The position numbers and the translations under genes are program-made. DNA of 64,000 nucleotides from the NCBI GenBank assembly GCA_951406725.2, contig OX597817.1, positions 135,222,001-135,286,000 of the forward strand, written 5' to 3'. The first letter of the stretch is position 1; the number at the start of each line of letters is the position of its first letter. Positions 41,443-53,460 of this stretch are shown piece by piece. The DNA is from Octopus vulgaris (taxonomy: Eukaryota). The notes beneath the pieces were generated by a model, which was not told where the DNA came from, searched no databases, and worked only from the letters and a program-made list of their open reading frames with translations.

Positions 41443-42185
41443 GCATGTATACATGCGTATGTATATATACCCACATGTTCATTTATACATGCACAAGCAC
41501 ACGCAAATATACTGACAGAGCGAAAAATCGGTAGATTTATTTATTCATCGCTATGTTTACCTGCGTGTACGCCGAGAAGGAGGAGGAGGAGGAGGGGGAG
41601 GAAACAAAGAGTGATTAAGAGAGGAGTGTATATAAAACCAAGATAGTTAGAAAGGAAGACACGGAGAGAAAATTAGGGAGAAGGTTAAGTGAGAGAGAAA
41701 GACAAAGAAACGGAATGAGGGGAAAATATATTAATTGATTTACCTTTATAGAGAGAGAGGGGGAGAGAGAGATCTACAAAGGAAGAACTAACTTTAATCA
41801 AAGACCCCATTCGTTGAAAGGTTGTAAGATAAAGAACGAAGATTAGAAAAACACTTCTTTGTAAAATAAGATCAAACGATCGAAGGGAAAAATGAAAGCA
41901 ATCGTTTAAGATGGCGTTCTGACAAAAGTGATGAAGCCTCAACGTCATGCAGTGGCACAGTCTTTCGAGTTGCATTGTGGGAATCACACGTAGAGGATAG
42001 CGTAGCTTCAACAGCGGGTATTTCCTGTAAACATCGTTTACATCAGGATGCCAAACTAAAGTGGTACATATACATACATATATGCACTCGCACGCGCGCG
42101 CATATATACGTGTATCTGTGTGTCTGTCTGCCTGTATTTATTTACATAGATATAGATATTTACGTATATAACTCACTGTATTTTG

Positions 42186-42226
<41 letters not shown>

Positions 42227-42404
42227 TCCATACACACACACATATACATATATATATATATATATATGTAAAGTGATGGATATATCTAACTACTTATATA
42301 GATAGAGACATATATACACTTATGCATACATGCATACATATTGTATGTATATACACACACACAGAAGCACATTTATATACGTGTGACTATATATATATAT
42401 GTAT

Positions 42405-42457
<53 letters not shown>

Positions 42458-43121
42458 GAAACACACACACACATACACACACACACACACATGGTTCGAG
42501 AGATTATGGTCAGTGAATATAGATAAACATATGATCAAATATAGTAAACGCAAAAAATTGTTTTATTTTCCTCCCAAACTGTATATCATGACCAAAATAT
42601 TCAAATCTTGGTCGCCATTACAACATTCACTTAGCTTTGATGAAAATCTCTTCCTTTGGCACAATCTAATCTACTTTAAAACACTCGTCTAATTAAAACA
42701 TTATGGTTAGTTTATCGGGAAGGGACCTTTATGTGTTCGCTTTAACCCCTAGACATAGCAGCTTAATATCCCTCGAATCACGCCTGATTGGTCGTTGAAG
42801 GAAATATATAACATCCTGTTGAGAATCCCGAAGAAGTGCAAGCCGTACTTCACATTGCCCCACGCCATTCACCAGACAGAAAAGAGGAATCCTGCGATGT
42901 ATCAGAGTCCCGTCCAGGTGGGAAACATATACACCTTAGAAACCGTGAAAATAGGCCCTTATGAGCGGCCATCACTCGAAAAGGTAACTTTACTGTATTT
43001 ATCTGATTGCCTAACATCCTATGTGAAAGTGATCGATAAGCTCAGCTGTCACTGATCTATATTACTGTATGCTTTGATTTGTGTGTGTGTGTGTGTGTGT
43101 GTATGTGTGTGTACATACATA

Positions 43122-43525
43122 GTGTTGGGTATGGCTGGGTGGTTAGGAAATTCTTTGTGAACCACTAGCTCTCGGGTTGAGTCAAACTGTGTGGCACCTT
43201 GGGCAAGTTACTTCAACCATTGCTAAAGGCCGACAAAAGTTTTGTGAACGGATTTCATACACAGAGACAAAGATGTATGTATATGTGTGCGTGGCCCCCT
43301 TGTCTTGACATCACGTCATAGCTGTAAATGGGTGTCACCCTCATACAAGCGGTGTGGTTTGTCTCCAATCTTTCATTAGCACATTTCTGGCCACCGGGAA
43401 ATATTGACTTTCTTGGAAACAAATGAGGGTCGGCTACAGGAAGGGAACCCGGCTCTAGAAAATCGGCCTCAATGAATTCCGTCTGACATATGCCAGCATG
43501 AAAATGTGGGCGCAAAGAAGATAAC
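43122..43525 (+). mobile_element. SINE-B head with an alternative RTE-like 3' tail
   Basis: Head to 43255; tail ggaagggaacccggctctagaaa..gccagcatgaaaatgtgggcg. Confidence 0.6.
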
Positions 43526-43549
43526 GAGGAGATATGCATGTGTGTGTAT

Positions 43550-43605
<56 letters not shown>

Positions 43606-45625
43606 TGGTGGTGGTGGTGGTGGTGGTGGTGGCGGCGGCGGTGTTGGTGGTGGTGGTGGTGGTGGTGGTGGCCTTATTTTGGCGCAAGGTCAGCAATTTT
43701 GATGGGTGGGGCAATCGATTACATCCGCCCAAGTGCTCAACTGGTACTTATTTTATCAACTCCAAAACCTGAAGCCGGACGAAATACCCCTAAGCCTTTC
43801 GTCCGGCTTGCTAACGATTCTTTCAGTAGTAGTAGTAGTAATATTATTAAATTCTTGTATATATTTCAAGGCCAAAACAATAAACTTTGTACTTTTCAAG
43901 ACCAAAATCCCAAGAATTCCTACATTGCTTCTATTGCCAAAACCTGACACAATGTCATGATATAAAGCCAAATATCTCCACGTACTAGAATTCCATTCTC
44001 TGTGAGTGAATGGAATCAGAACAATACGTCATTGCTTCTTCATGTTCTTCACTAGCATAACACATATTCCGGCAGCACCAAGTCACCTACGACGGTAACC
44101 CCCACTCGTAAGAAAATAGCTTTAGTTCTAGGTAAGCAAGTGTATATGCCATTAACTATGACCTCGGTGTGTGTGTGTGTGTTTGTATTTGTACGTGTGT
44201 GTAAATGTGTATATGTATTTTCCTGTATGTGTCTGTGTATATGTGTATCTGTCAATAGAAAAGCATCTGTGTATACGTGCGTGCATGTGTGTGTGTGTCT
44301 GTATTTTTGGAGATAAATGCATATATATGTGTGTCTGTGAATATGTGAGTGTCTGCGTATATATGCGCATATGTTTGTGTGTGTGTGTGTGTGAGTGTGT
44401 GTGTGTGTATTTGTGTGCATGTGTGTGTGTTTGTGTGTATAAATGTTTATATGTGTGTACGTGTATGTGTATATATGTGCATCTGTGAAGTTGAGTGTCT
44501 GAATATATGTCCGAGTATGTGTGTGTGTGCGCGCGCGAGTGTTTGTGTATGAGCGAGTGTTTGTGTATATGAGCGAGTCTGTGTGTGCGAGTGTGTGTGT
44601 GTGTGGAGGTGCGGGTGAGTGGGTGTGTTTAAATATGTAACTACACCAACGCGTAAGTTCAAAGTTAACTTGACTCTAGAACACCAACAACGACCTACAC
44701 GGGCTTTTGCATTTTGTTTTTGTTTTTTAGAAATGCTTGTCAGAAAATGCTTCTCTTAAAACAGAAACATTTAAACACAATATTCTTTAATGAATAACTT
44801 GATGAATTTCAAAATAATTGAAGATCAATGAAGAACACCAAATGCTGAGAAACTTATAAAGACGGAAGAATTTTAAATCATTGTTCTTGGGTTGGGGTTA
44901 GTATTTTGTGTGGTATTAATTAAATTAACGAGGTCAAATATTAAAATAAGAGAATATATAAAATCAGAGGCTACCTAAAAATAACAACTCTTCAAAAGAC
45001 TTTACATCTTTTGTAAAGAATATTTCTTGAAGCCATTCTTGCAACCATTCCGGAATCTCATCAAATACAATGAAATTTGACAATATCAAAGAAATATATT
45101 TGACAAAGAACGGCCTTTGACGGTAATAGAAAAGGTTCTTTGATAGTCTCGATGAATTCTGAGTTATGATGGAAGAGATGTTGAGGAGATATTTGTCAGA
45201 AAACACCAATAAACGGATGTGATAAATTGTTGAGGGACCAAATTCTTAACTTAAATAGCGATTTTCTTAACACATTTCCTTATACATTAATGAATGTCTC
45301 TGGTTATAAACCTGCCAAAAGGATAACTTATTGCCTATTGAGTAGTGACACCAGTCAGTTGTAAAAACAAAATGAAGATTTCTAAAAGAGTTCCCACGTG
45401 GCTGGTATAGCGGAGAATATTCTTAAGCAGTTTAGAAAGATTGAAGGGAAAAAGAAGCAGAGGAAAAAAGAGAAGGACGATAAGGACATGGAGCTTGACG
45501 AACTGGTTGGAGGAAAGAGGCGTTGAACATCAGGAGGTGCAACTGTTAGAGAAGACAAAAGAACGGAGAACTGTGCTAGGACATGATCGCCCGTGTCCAA
45601 CATCCTGGAGATGGCACTGAAAGAG

Positions 45626-45656
<31 letters not shown>

Positions 45657-45761
45657 AGGATAGAAAGAAAGAAGGACAGAAAGAAAGAAGGATAGAAAGA
45701 AAGAAGGGAAAGAAAGAAAGAAGATGAAAGATACAAAGAAAGAAGGGAATAAATAAATAAC

Positions 45762-45806
<45 letters not shown>

Positions 45807-45823
45807 GAAGGAAGAAGGAAGAA

Positions 45824-45872
<49 letters not shown>

Positions 45873-46194
45873 GAAAGAAGGAAGGAAAGAAGGAAGGAAG
45901 AAAGGAAGGGAGAAAGGAAGGAAGGAAGGAAGGAAGGAGGAAAGAAAGAAAGAAAGAAAAGGAAGCTCATTGCATGCATGCCTTTGTTTGGCTTCCCACC
46001 GTCGAACGGATGGTGTTGAGTTACGTACGTTTCCATAACCTAGCAATTCAGCAAAGGTAACCGACAGAATAAGTATTACTCTTTGACAAGGTTAAGTACT
46101 GGCGTCGATTTAATCGAATAAACTCAAAGTCGATGCTCCAGCATGGCCGCAGTCCAGTAACTGAAGCCTATAGAAAATATAAACACTACTTAAA

Positions 46195-46579
46195 TACATA
46201 GCCGGATCGCGATTTCGGATTTTGATGTTGACCATCTTAACCCTCATCAGCGGATCTTATCGCCTAAGGTTAAACACAACTACCTGTATAAGTCTTATAA
46301 GGAAAAAACCGTTGAAAACATGGGCTGATTTCGAAAACGGTAAAAGTGTAAACAAAAAATCAAAAAGGGTGACTTATTAACAATTCGAACCTAATTGCAA
46401 AATTCATAGAAATCACAAAGTGGCTGAGTATACTAACACTGCTTTTGCTAAAGATGAGAGTTGAAATCAGCACACACGTTTTGAACGGTTTTTCTTTTAA
46501 GACTGACAAAAGCAGTTGGGTTTCACCCAAGGATTAAGGTGGTCTACCTCAAAATCCGAAATCGCGATCCGGCTATGTA
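46195..46579. repeat. Inverted duplication of an HHR-bearing repeat
   Basis: Arms 46195-46332 and 46463-46579 (tacatagccggatcgcgatttcggattttga versus tcaaaatccgaaatcgcgatccggctatgta). Confidence 0.88.
46202..46253 (-). ncRNA. Type I hammerhead ribozyme
   Basis: Minus strand ccg CTGATGA gggtt..aatcc GAA ATCGCGAT C cgg: canonical core, palindromic stem III, AUC site. Confidence 0.8.
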
Positions 46580-46902
46580 CACTGGGGACTTACCTCCCTT
46601 TGTCAGTCACTTAAGACAATGCGTTTGTAGCTGCGAGTTAAACTCTTAACTTTAGCAAAAGTGTGATAGTCTGTACTGTCTGTCGCTTTTGTAACATCTA
46701 TTAATTTTGCCTTTAGATTCTAAATGCTGTTAATGCACCCTTTTTAATTTGTTATATACACGAACACACACACACATGTGAAATATGTTTTGAAATACGA
46801 CAGACGACGCTGAGGATTTACAGATACTTGCATCTTGCATTTTGCATTTTACAAGTGTTTATAATGAAATCATGATACGTAGGTAATCGTTTTATTTTGT
46901 AA

Positions 46903-47296
46903 CTAGCAATATCGCCCGGCGTTGCTCGGATTTGTAAGGGAAATAACTATATAAGCATTTTTAGAGATGTAAAGTATAATAGCCATCTCAATATGGCTAA
47001 CCACAAAGGTGGGGTGTTACTGTAGCTTTTTACGTTCTGAGATTTAATAATAAATTTTTAGAGAGTTACTTCCCTTATATATGCCAAAAATGCATTAAAA
47101 ATGGGAAAATTGATGGTAAATTTTTTTTCAAATCGTAGACTCATCGTAGACGCGCGCTAATACCCAGAAGGGCTCGATATGAATCACGACTATAAGATAC
47201 CCGGTTTTGGTTAAACTGCACCGCAAAATGTGGGAGTAGTTAGGAATCTAAATCGTAGGAGACAGACAGCACACAACCTCACTTTATATATAAAGA
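46903..47296 (-). mobile_element. Non-autonomous Helitron, 394 bp
   Basis: A|CTAG..gcccggcgttgctcgg hairpin at the left end; ctttatatataaaGA|T at the right end. Confidence 0.88.
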
Positions 47297-47460
47297 TTTT
47301 CATTTGCCTCGCTTATATTTTACATTTTGGCGTTAGCTGGGTTTTTTTTCTAGAGAACACACTCTTTGTGGTAAGGCAATTTAACGTTTATTTCTAGCAT
47401 ATAGGATTCCACTTTAGTGGTCATTCCTCTTATTAATTGCATGTGTGTGTGTGTGTGTGC

Positions 47461-47492
<32 letters not shown>

Positions 47493-47524
47493 ATGTATGT
47501 ATGTATGTATGTATGTATATAAGA

Positions 47525-48152
47525 AATTAAAAAAAGAAAATACACACACTTTACATAGTTTTACTATAATTTTTAATATATCGACCGGTTTCGCTTTCGC
47601 TATTCAGGATATTATGGTTTACTTATTTGAATATGTATTTTCTTAAGAAGAAATTTTTGTCCGTGTTATGTGTGATGATATTTACGAGTGAATGACTTCA
47701 CAAGTAGAAAAATAAGTGGAGGTAATTGGTTATCGGTATTATTGTTGTTGTTGTTGTTGTTGTTGTTGTGGGCAAGGTAGATAACTATTCAGCTTTCGGT
47801 AAGGGGAGGGAATACATATGTACACACAAAAAAGGTTTCGAAACACATGTTTAGTGAGTGGATTTATGTACAGTGATGTAATCGTGAATTGAAATATGTA
47901 AAAAGATAAAAGTTGGTTATGCGTACATTTAAGACGTGTTCTGTATTTTTCAATGAAAAAAGTTTCTTTGTTTAAACGTTCTTGGGAAGAGATTGTGTCT
48001 TTGCGCTGGTAGAAGGGGAAGACTGTGAAATTTGGTCTGATGTTATCTGCACATTTTTTCTATATGTTCACTGAGAGGAATTTGCCTGTATTGCGGGAAA
48101 CGGATTTGCTCTTTATGTAGAGGGATTCTCCTTCTCAAGGTCATATTCGTCT
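47525..48152 (-). mobile_element. 3' end of the same PLE family as 988-2104 (endonuclease C-terminus and pseudo-LTR)
   Basis: 48076-48152 matches 2028-2104 (ctctacataaagagcaaatccgtttcccgcaatacaggcaaattcct) and continues LSEHI..FTVFPFY..RLNKE. Confidence 0.85.
47578..47612 (-). ncRNA. Minimal type I hammerhead (G8 mutated)
   Basis: Minus strand atatc CTGAATA gc gaaa gc GAA ACCGGT C gatat. Confidence 0.7.
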
Positions 48153-48154
48153 GT

Positions 48155-48545
48155 CTATAATCGGTAGAACCTACCCTTTTAGTAGAACCCCCTGTACGGA
48201 TAGGTACTGAACTATTTGTAGACTTAGCCTACAAACAAACTGTAAAGCCAGAAATGTAGTCTATAGTATAAGATCTATAGAGGGACGATGCAGTAACAAG
48301 ACAGCGACATACGTAGGGGAAACGGCACGAAGCATAGGAGAGTGGGTAAATGGAAATTGGAGAGAACTTAAGGAAGGAAAGAGCTCATCGATTCTGTACC
48401 AAAACGCCGAGCAGGAACACAGGGATCAATCAACAACATAGAGGTTAAAATCTTGTTCACACATAGAACAGATGTAACAATCAGATAAATTACGGAAGCT
48501 ACACACATAATAGAAGATAAACCTGGAAGGAAACTGGAATAGAAC
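48155..48545 (+). mobile_element. GIY-YIG endonuclease fragment of a different PLE family
   Basis: NCKARNVVYSI..C..TYVGETARSIGE..SSILYQ..H..VKIL..R*ITEA..I. Confidence 0.75.
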
Positions 48546-48717
48546 ACCAGCACACACCACAACATATGACGGTATAGGATCCCCATAAACTGGTTACAAT
48601 ATAAACAAAACCGAAAACATAATAAATAAAATACACAGATAAATAAACAAAGAGAAATAAATAATGTTAATGTTTTATTTTTATTATTATTGTTATTACT
48701 AGTATTGTTGTTATACA

Positions 48718-49255
48718 TGGTGGCTGCCCCCTCGTTATCGAGTATGGCCATTGCACGAAGCTTAATCAATGTTGTTATCGTGCAATGCCTGTGCAAGAAG
48801 ATTTTTTTAAAGTGAGGAAAGGCTGTGCACTGAGTCAATCCCACTCACTAAGCAACAGCAGCCATAATCCGAAAAGAAGAACAAGTTAACATCATCGGTA
48901 ACCACTGAGCCGCAGATTTTGGCGGAGTTATCCCAGTTACCCGAGTTACCTTCTCCTAGAAGGATGCCCTAACAAAGGCTAGGAGTCCTTCACTCCCAAT
49001 AGTTTAACCGCGCGATCGGGTATTCAGTCCAATTATTTCTATGTCCCCGCGCATGATACAGCCTTAAGACATTTATTAGATGGCCGTTGACTCTCAAGAG
49101 TTCCTCCACCCTTTGACGGGTTTTGTTTTTCATCCCGCGGGGTGTCCAATAAACACCCTCCTCACCAAGCAAGCTTGGTGGGGTTGCCGGTTTAGTCGCC
49201 GACGACCCGACCATGCAACAGGTTGTACTGGGTTACATGTTACCAGTAGCACTAC
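48718..49255 (-). mobile_element. Non-coding RTE-related element (5'-UTR-like part joined to an RTE-like tail)
   Basis: Minus strand ctagcctttgttagggcatccttctaggagaaggtaactc resembles RTE 5' UTRs; the end tggccatactcgataacgaggggg..ccat resembles the RTE tail at 59440-59480. Confidence 0.5.
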
Positions 49256-49699
49256 ATACATACAAGCATACGTAATAATAATGATAATAATAATATTAAT
49301 AATAAGTGAATGTAAACATGAACAAAATAAAAAAAAAAGAATAAACAAAAACAAATTACACGAACGTATATAAACAGAAGATACAAATATTACAGGCATT
49401 CCCCCACACACACATACACACTAATTAAACATAGACGCACATGGAGATATACGTATGCGCAAATGAAGACACATACAATAGAAATACAAAATGGCTGACG
49501 GTTAGTAAGGAGAGAGACACAAATAAGAAAGAAGAAAACAGAGGCCCACAGATGCGGTCACAGGAGTGTGACGAAAGAACTCTGGCTGAAATAAGATTAA
49601 GATTAATGTAAAAAATAAATAACACTGAAGCAAAGAAACACCAAATATATAGTGCGTGTGTTTTTATTAGCTAAACTGGCAAAATGACCATTCCGAAAT

Positions 49700-49764
<65 letters not shown>

Positions 49765-49788
49765 TATATATATATATATATATTTATA

Positions 49789-49872
<84 letters not shown>

Positions 49873-49887
49873 TAGATAGATAGATAG

Positions 49888-50216
49888 ATGTCTGTTTCGG
49901 CAACCGGCGGTTCCTCGGTCATTCTGTCCCTGCGTCTGCGGACAATCTGCGGCAAACAGGATGTATCTACATGCGAGATTGTTGGGGACCGCTTGTGAAA
50001 TCCACATATTCCCACGAAACTTCTTCCATGAATTCTCAATGGCGAATACAATGGCAACATTGGCCTGCGCCGATGGAACCGTGACTGGCTCGCTATCTCC
50101 AGTGAACTGGCGCAGGACCGTCGTGCGTGGGCTGCCATGGTTCGAGATGCCTCGAGGGTGATAGAAGAAGCCGACTCAACCCGCCCAGGGTGAATATCGC
50201 CACAAGTACAAGTAAG
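49888..50216 (+). mobile_element. RTE-like LINE 3' end
   Basis: [16 protein letters not shown]-type C-terminus and a (caagta)n tail. Confidence 0.7.
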
Positions 50217-50224
50217 ATATATAA

Positions 50225-50290
<66 letters not shown>

Positions 50291-50295
<5 letters not shown>

Positions 50296-51146
50296 AGCTT
50301 AGAGAAGAAGAAACGAAACGAAACCAAATGAATCGAATCGAATCGACGCGAAGGCGCTCAGTCATACAATAGTGTAATAAATAAAATATATGCATACATA
50401 CAAACATATATGTACGTACCTACATCTACATGTATATATACATGCATATATAAATATAAATACGTGTGTACAGGACACCACAAATAGACGTAGAACTCAA
50501 CGGGAAACGAAAACGTAAAAACAGCATGGAACGGACCATTTTTTTAACAACGAAAAAACAGAGTACAAGACAACTACACAAAGAAAAATCCCCTTCATCA
50601 GCTGTCCCGAGTTCAACTCCAGCGTGTTTCGAAGGTGAGGACAGAACACGTCTCGTCGAACTAATCCTTCCTGCGAAAGAATTAAATAAAATTCCTTTGC
50701 AGAGGGGTAAAAACAAGGGAAAAAATGTGACAAAAACAGGACGTAAAAACAATACAATTAAAAACAAATACAAAATAAAATACAATTACAAAAAATACAG
50801 TACAAGAAGGAATAGAAACAAGACAGGAAAACAAATAAAGAGGGCCTATAAGCCTAGACGAGGAAAAAAATAATATTTTTTCACGAGCGCAGGAAGAAAC
50901 ATATTTACTTGAACAAGGCCGCCGGCGAAAGGAAGTTCGTAGACCCGGCTGTGAGAGAGATGAGGAGGAGTGAGAGAGAGAGAGAGAGAGAGATAGAGAG
51001 GAAGGAAGCAAAAGAGGGTGAAAGAAAGAGAGAAGAAGGATTATAGGGTTTCGCGTCATAATTATATATAAAAACCAGCTTAGAGAAGAAGAAGAAACGA
51101 AACGAAACCAAACGAATCGAATCGAATCGACGCGAAGGCGCTCAGT

Positions 51147-51152
<6 letters not shown>
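50291..51152 (-). mobile_element. Non-coding ~781-nt unit plus ~80-nt terminal direct repeat, in (TA)n (retrozyme or PLE-derived)
   Basis: 50291-50368 repeats at 51072-51152; carries the rearranged hammerhead. Confidence 0.75.
50590..50650 (-). ncRNA. Putative non-circularly permuted (pseudoknotted) hammerhead ribozyme
   Basis: Minus strand CGTGT T CTGTCC tcac CTTC GAA ACACG ctggagttgaactcg GGACAG CTGATGA a GGGG: stems III (5 bp), I (6 bp) and II (4 bp, two G-U) all abut an intact core. Confidence 0.7.
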
Positions 51153-51198
<46 letters not shown>

Positions 51199-51205
51199 TA
51201 TAAAA

Positions 51206-51372
51206 GTTAATCCAAACAAGAAAACACAGAAAAAAACACAGCAACGCGAGGACGTGGAACAAATAAAGTATTATTTGACGCTCAGGAAAGAAGGGAAGGG
51301 GGGTTTAACGTTTCGAGCGGAGCTCTTCGTCGGAAACAAGGAGAAGGAAAGATCCCGAGAAGGGAAGACAGA

Positions 51373-51375
<3 letters not shown>
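51206..51375 (-). mobile_element. Family H1 repeat with HHR at 51303-51337
   Basis: Minus strand gttt CCGACGA a gagc tcc gctc GAAAC GTT aaac. Confidence 0.85.
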
Positions 51376-51410
<35 letters not shown>

Positions 51411-52114
51411 TAACTAGTTACGTAGATACAACTGAAGATAAATTGAATAAATTCTTCAAATGACTGCAACTACCGAGATAGAATATTTTGCTCATTTATA
51501 ACTTGTGAATAAACAATATTTTACGTTAAAGTCCGCTTTCAGTCCCACACATACGGACGCTAATGGCGTGCACACAGACGCACATACGTCTCCCTTTCTA
51601 ACGCAGACATACATACAAACACACAGCAAATCGTCGTCTCCGAGTGTGTGTGCGCGCAAGCCCGCATGCGCCAACAGAGTTCGTATGCGCCTGAGTGTAT
51701 GTGTTCGTAGTTGTATTGTTCGTTTGAATCTCTAACCATTCTACCCATCTCTCTGTCAGCCTATCCATCTATCTACCCATCTATCAGTCATTCTATCAGT
51801 CTACCTCTCTATCTCTCTACCTATCTATCTATCTATCTCTCTACTTCTATCTTTCAATCTTTCTATCTATCTATGTATTCATCTATCTGTCTATCTCTCT
51901 CTATATCTATATATCTATTATCAATCTATCTTTCTACCTATCTAGCTATCTCTATCTATCACTTTATCTATCAATCTATCTATCTCTGTATCACTGTCTC
52001 TCTATATATCTCTCTGTTTATCTATCAGTCTATCAATCTATCTATCAGTCTATTTATCTCTATCTATATATCTCTCTTTCTACCTCTCTATTTATCTACC
52101 TACTTACCTCTCTG

Positions 52115-52193
<79 letters not shown>

Positions 52194-52602
52194 GTCTGTC
52201 TATCTCTGTCTTTATTACACATACATTTTAACCCCCCCCCCCTTTCGAAACGTGTGACCGATTGCTTACAATACAGAAAATTACTGTTAATATTGTAATA
52301 TAATAAATTATCTCTAACGCCATACCATATGTAAAGTAGATTGTATGTGTGTGTTTGTGTGTGCGTACATGCGTGTCGAAAGCATCCTATGAAATCACAC
52401 ATATGCACACCGAAACAATTTTTAAATACCAATATTTTACCGTCTCATCTGCAATATGATAACAAAAGGCTCAAATCTAAGCCTGAAAAGAGAAAACATC
52501 GATACAAGAATAACATTCCAATTCTTTGTTTGTTCAGATTCTTACGCTCTGAAATCTTGTTAACTGGTTTTCTGAGTCGTCTCAGATCACGTGACTGCAG
52601 AC

Positions 52603-52781
52603 CAGTGGCTCTCAACCTGTTTCATATCCGGGCCAAATCCCAAACCTGCATTTTGTTAAGGCGCAGCACCAAAACAAAAATAACGTAAAATACAACTCAA
52701 AGGGAAAAAAATATTCTAGTTATCGAGGGAAGACCATCGAGGGCCGCATTCAACCCTAAGAGCCGTAGTTGACAATCACTT
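52603..52781. mobile_element. hAT (Charlie-like) MITE, decayed
   Basis: cagtggctctcaacc and gttgacaatcactt termini, with internal gggccgc motifs. Confidence 0.6.
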
Positions 52782-53078
52782 GTGTAGATATTGAGTAGTT
52801 TAACTGAATATTGAGCAATGAGACGGCAATCAGCTGACGTGATGAAGCAATCTTAGACAGACAGATAGAGAGAGAGAAGTGGTAGTGAAACAATTGCACT
52901 GATGAACCAAGGAAAAACATGGGAAAATCGAGGCATTTGAGGAAATTTCAATTCTAGTTTGTGGGGTTATTGTAAGGAAAGCAGTCTGAAATCTCCTGTA
53001 GGGATAGCAAAGGCGGTATTCTTGTATTTAAGGTATATTCATTAAATCCATTCGGTAGTATTATCAGGGAGGTTCCGG

Positions 53079-53460
53079 CTAAGTTCTCAGAATGAATTTT
53101 CGCTGGTGTCTACATTTTTCAAGTATCTCTGGTTTTAAATTAATGCAGACATCTGGTTTCCTCGACTGCTTCAGTACTAATATTTTCTCAACAACATTTT
53201 CACCAGATCCAATATTTTACATCTTACAAGGTAAATAGACTCCACTTCTTTTAGCGACCAAATATAATTGAAGAAATTAGTTATAAACTCTCCTTCGACA
53301 TTCCTCGCATTCGACAGGCTATTGATCTAGAATTTATCTTCATTCTAATTATCATTTGATAGTGCTTAATTAGTTGGGATTTAAGTGTTAAATATCTGGT
53401 TGAGAGATAACGGCCTAAGGGTTACATGGTGTGTACAGCAAGCAGCTTTTGATTTTCTGC
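53079..53460 (-). mobile_element. Decayed PLE GIY-YIG C-terminus (Naiad-like)
   Basis: NYIWSLKE..YLVRCKILD..KILVL..INLKPEILEKCRHQRKFIL*. Confidence 0.65.

Noticed and set aside
52895-52937. ctgatga a cca..tgg gaaaatcga hammerhead-like motif
   Set aside because: Only a 3-bp stem II, with no valid NUH or convincing stem I.
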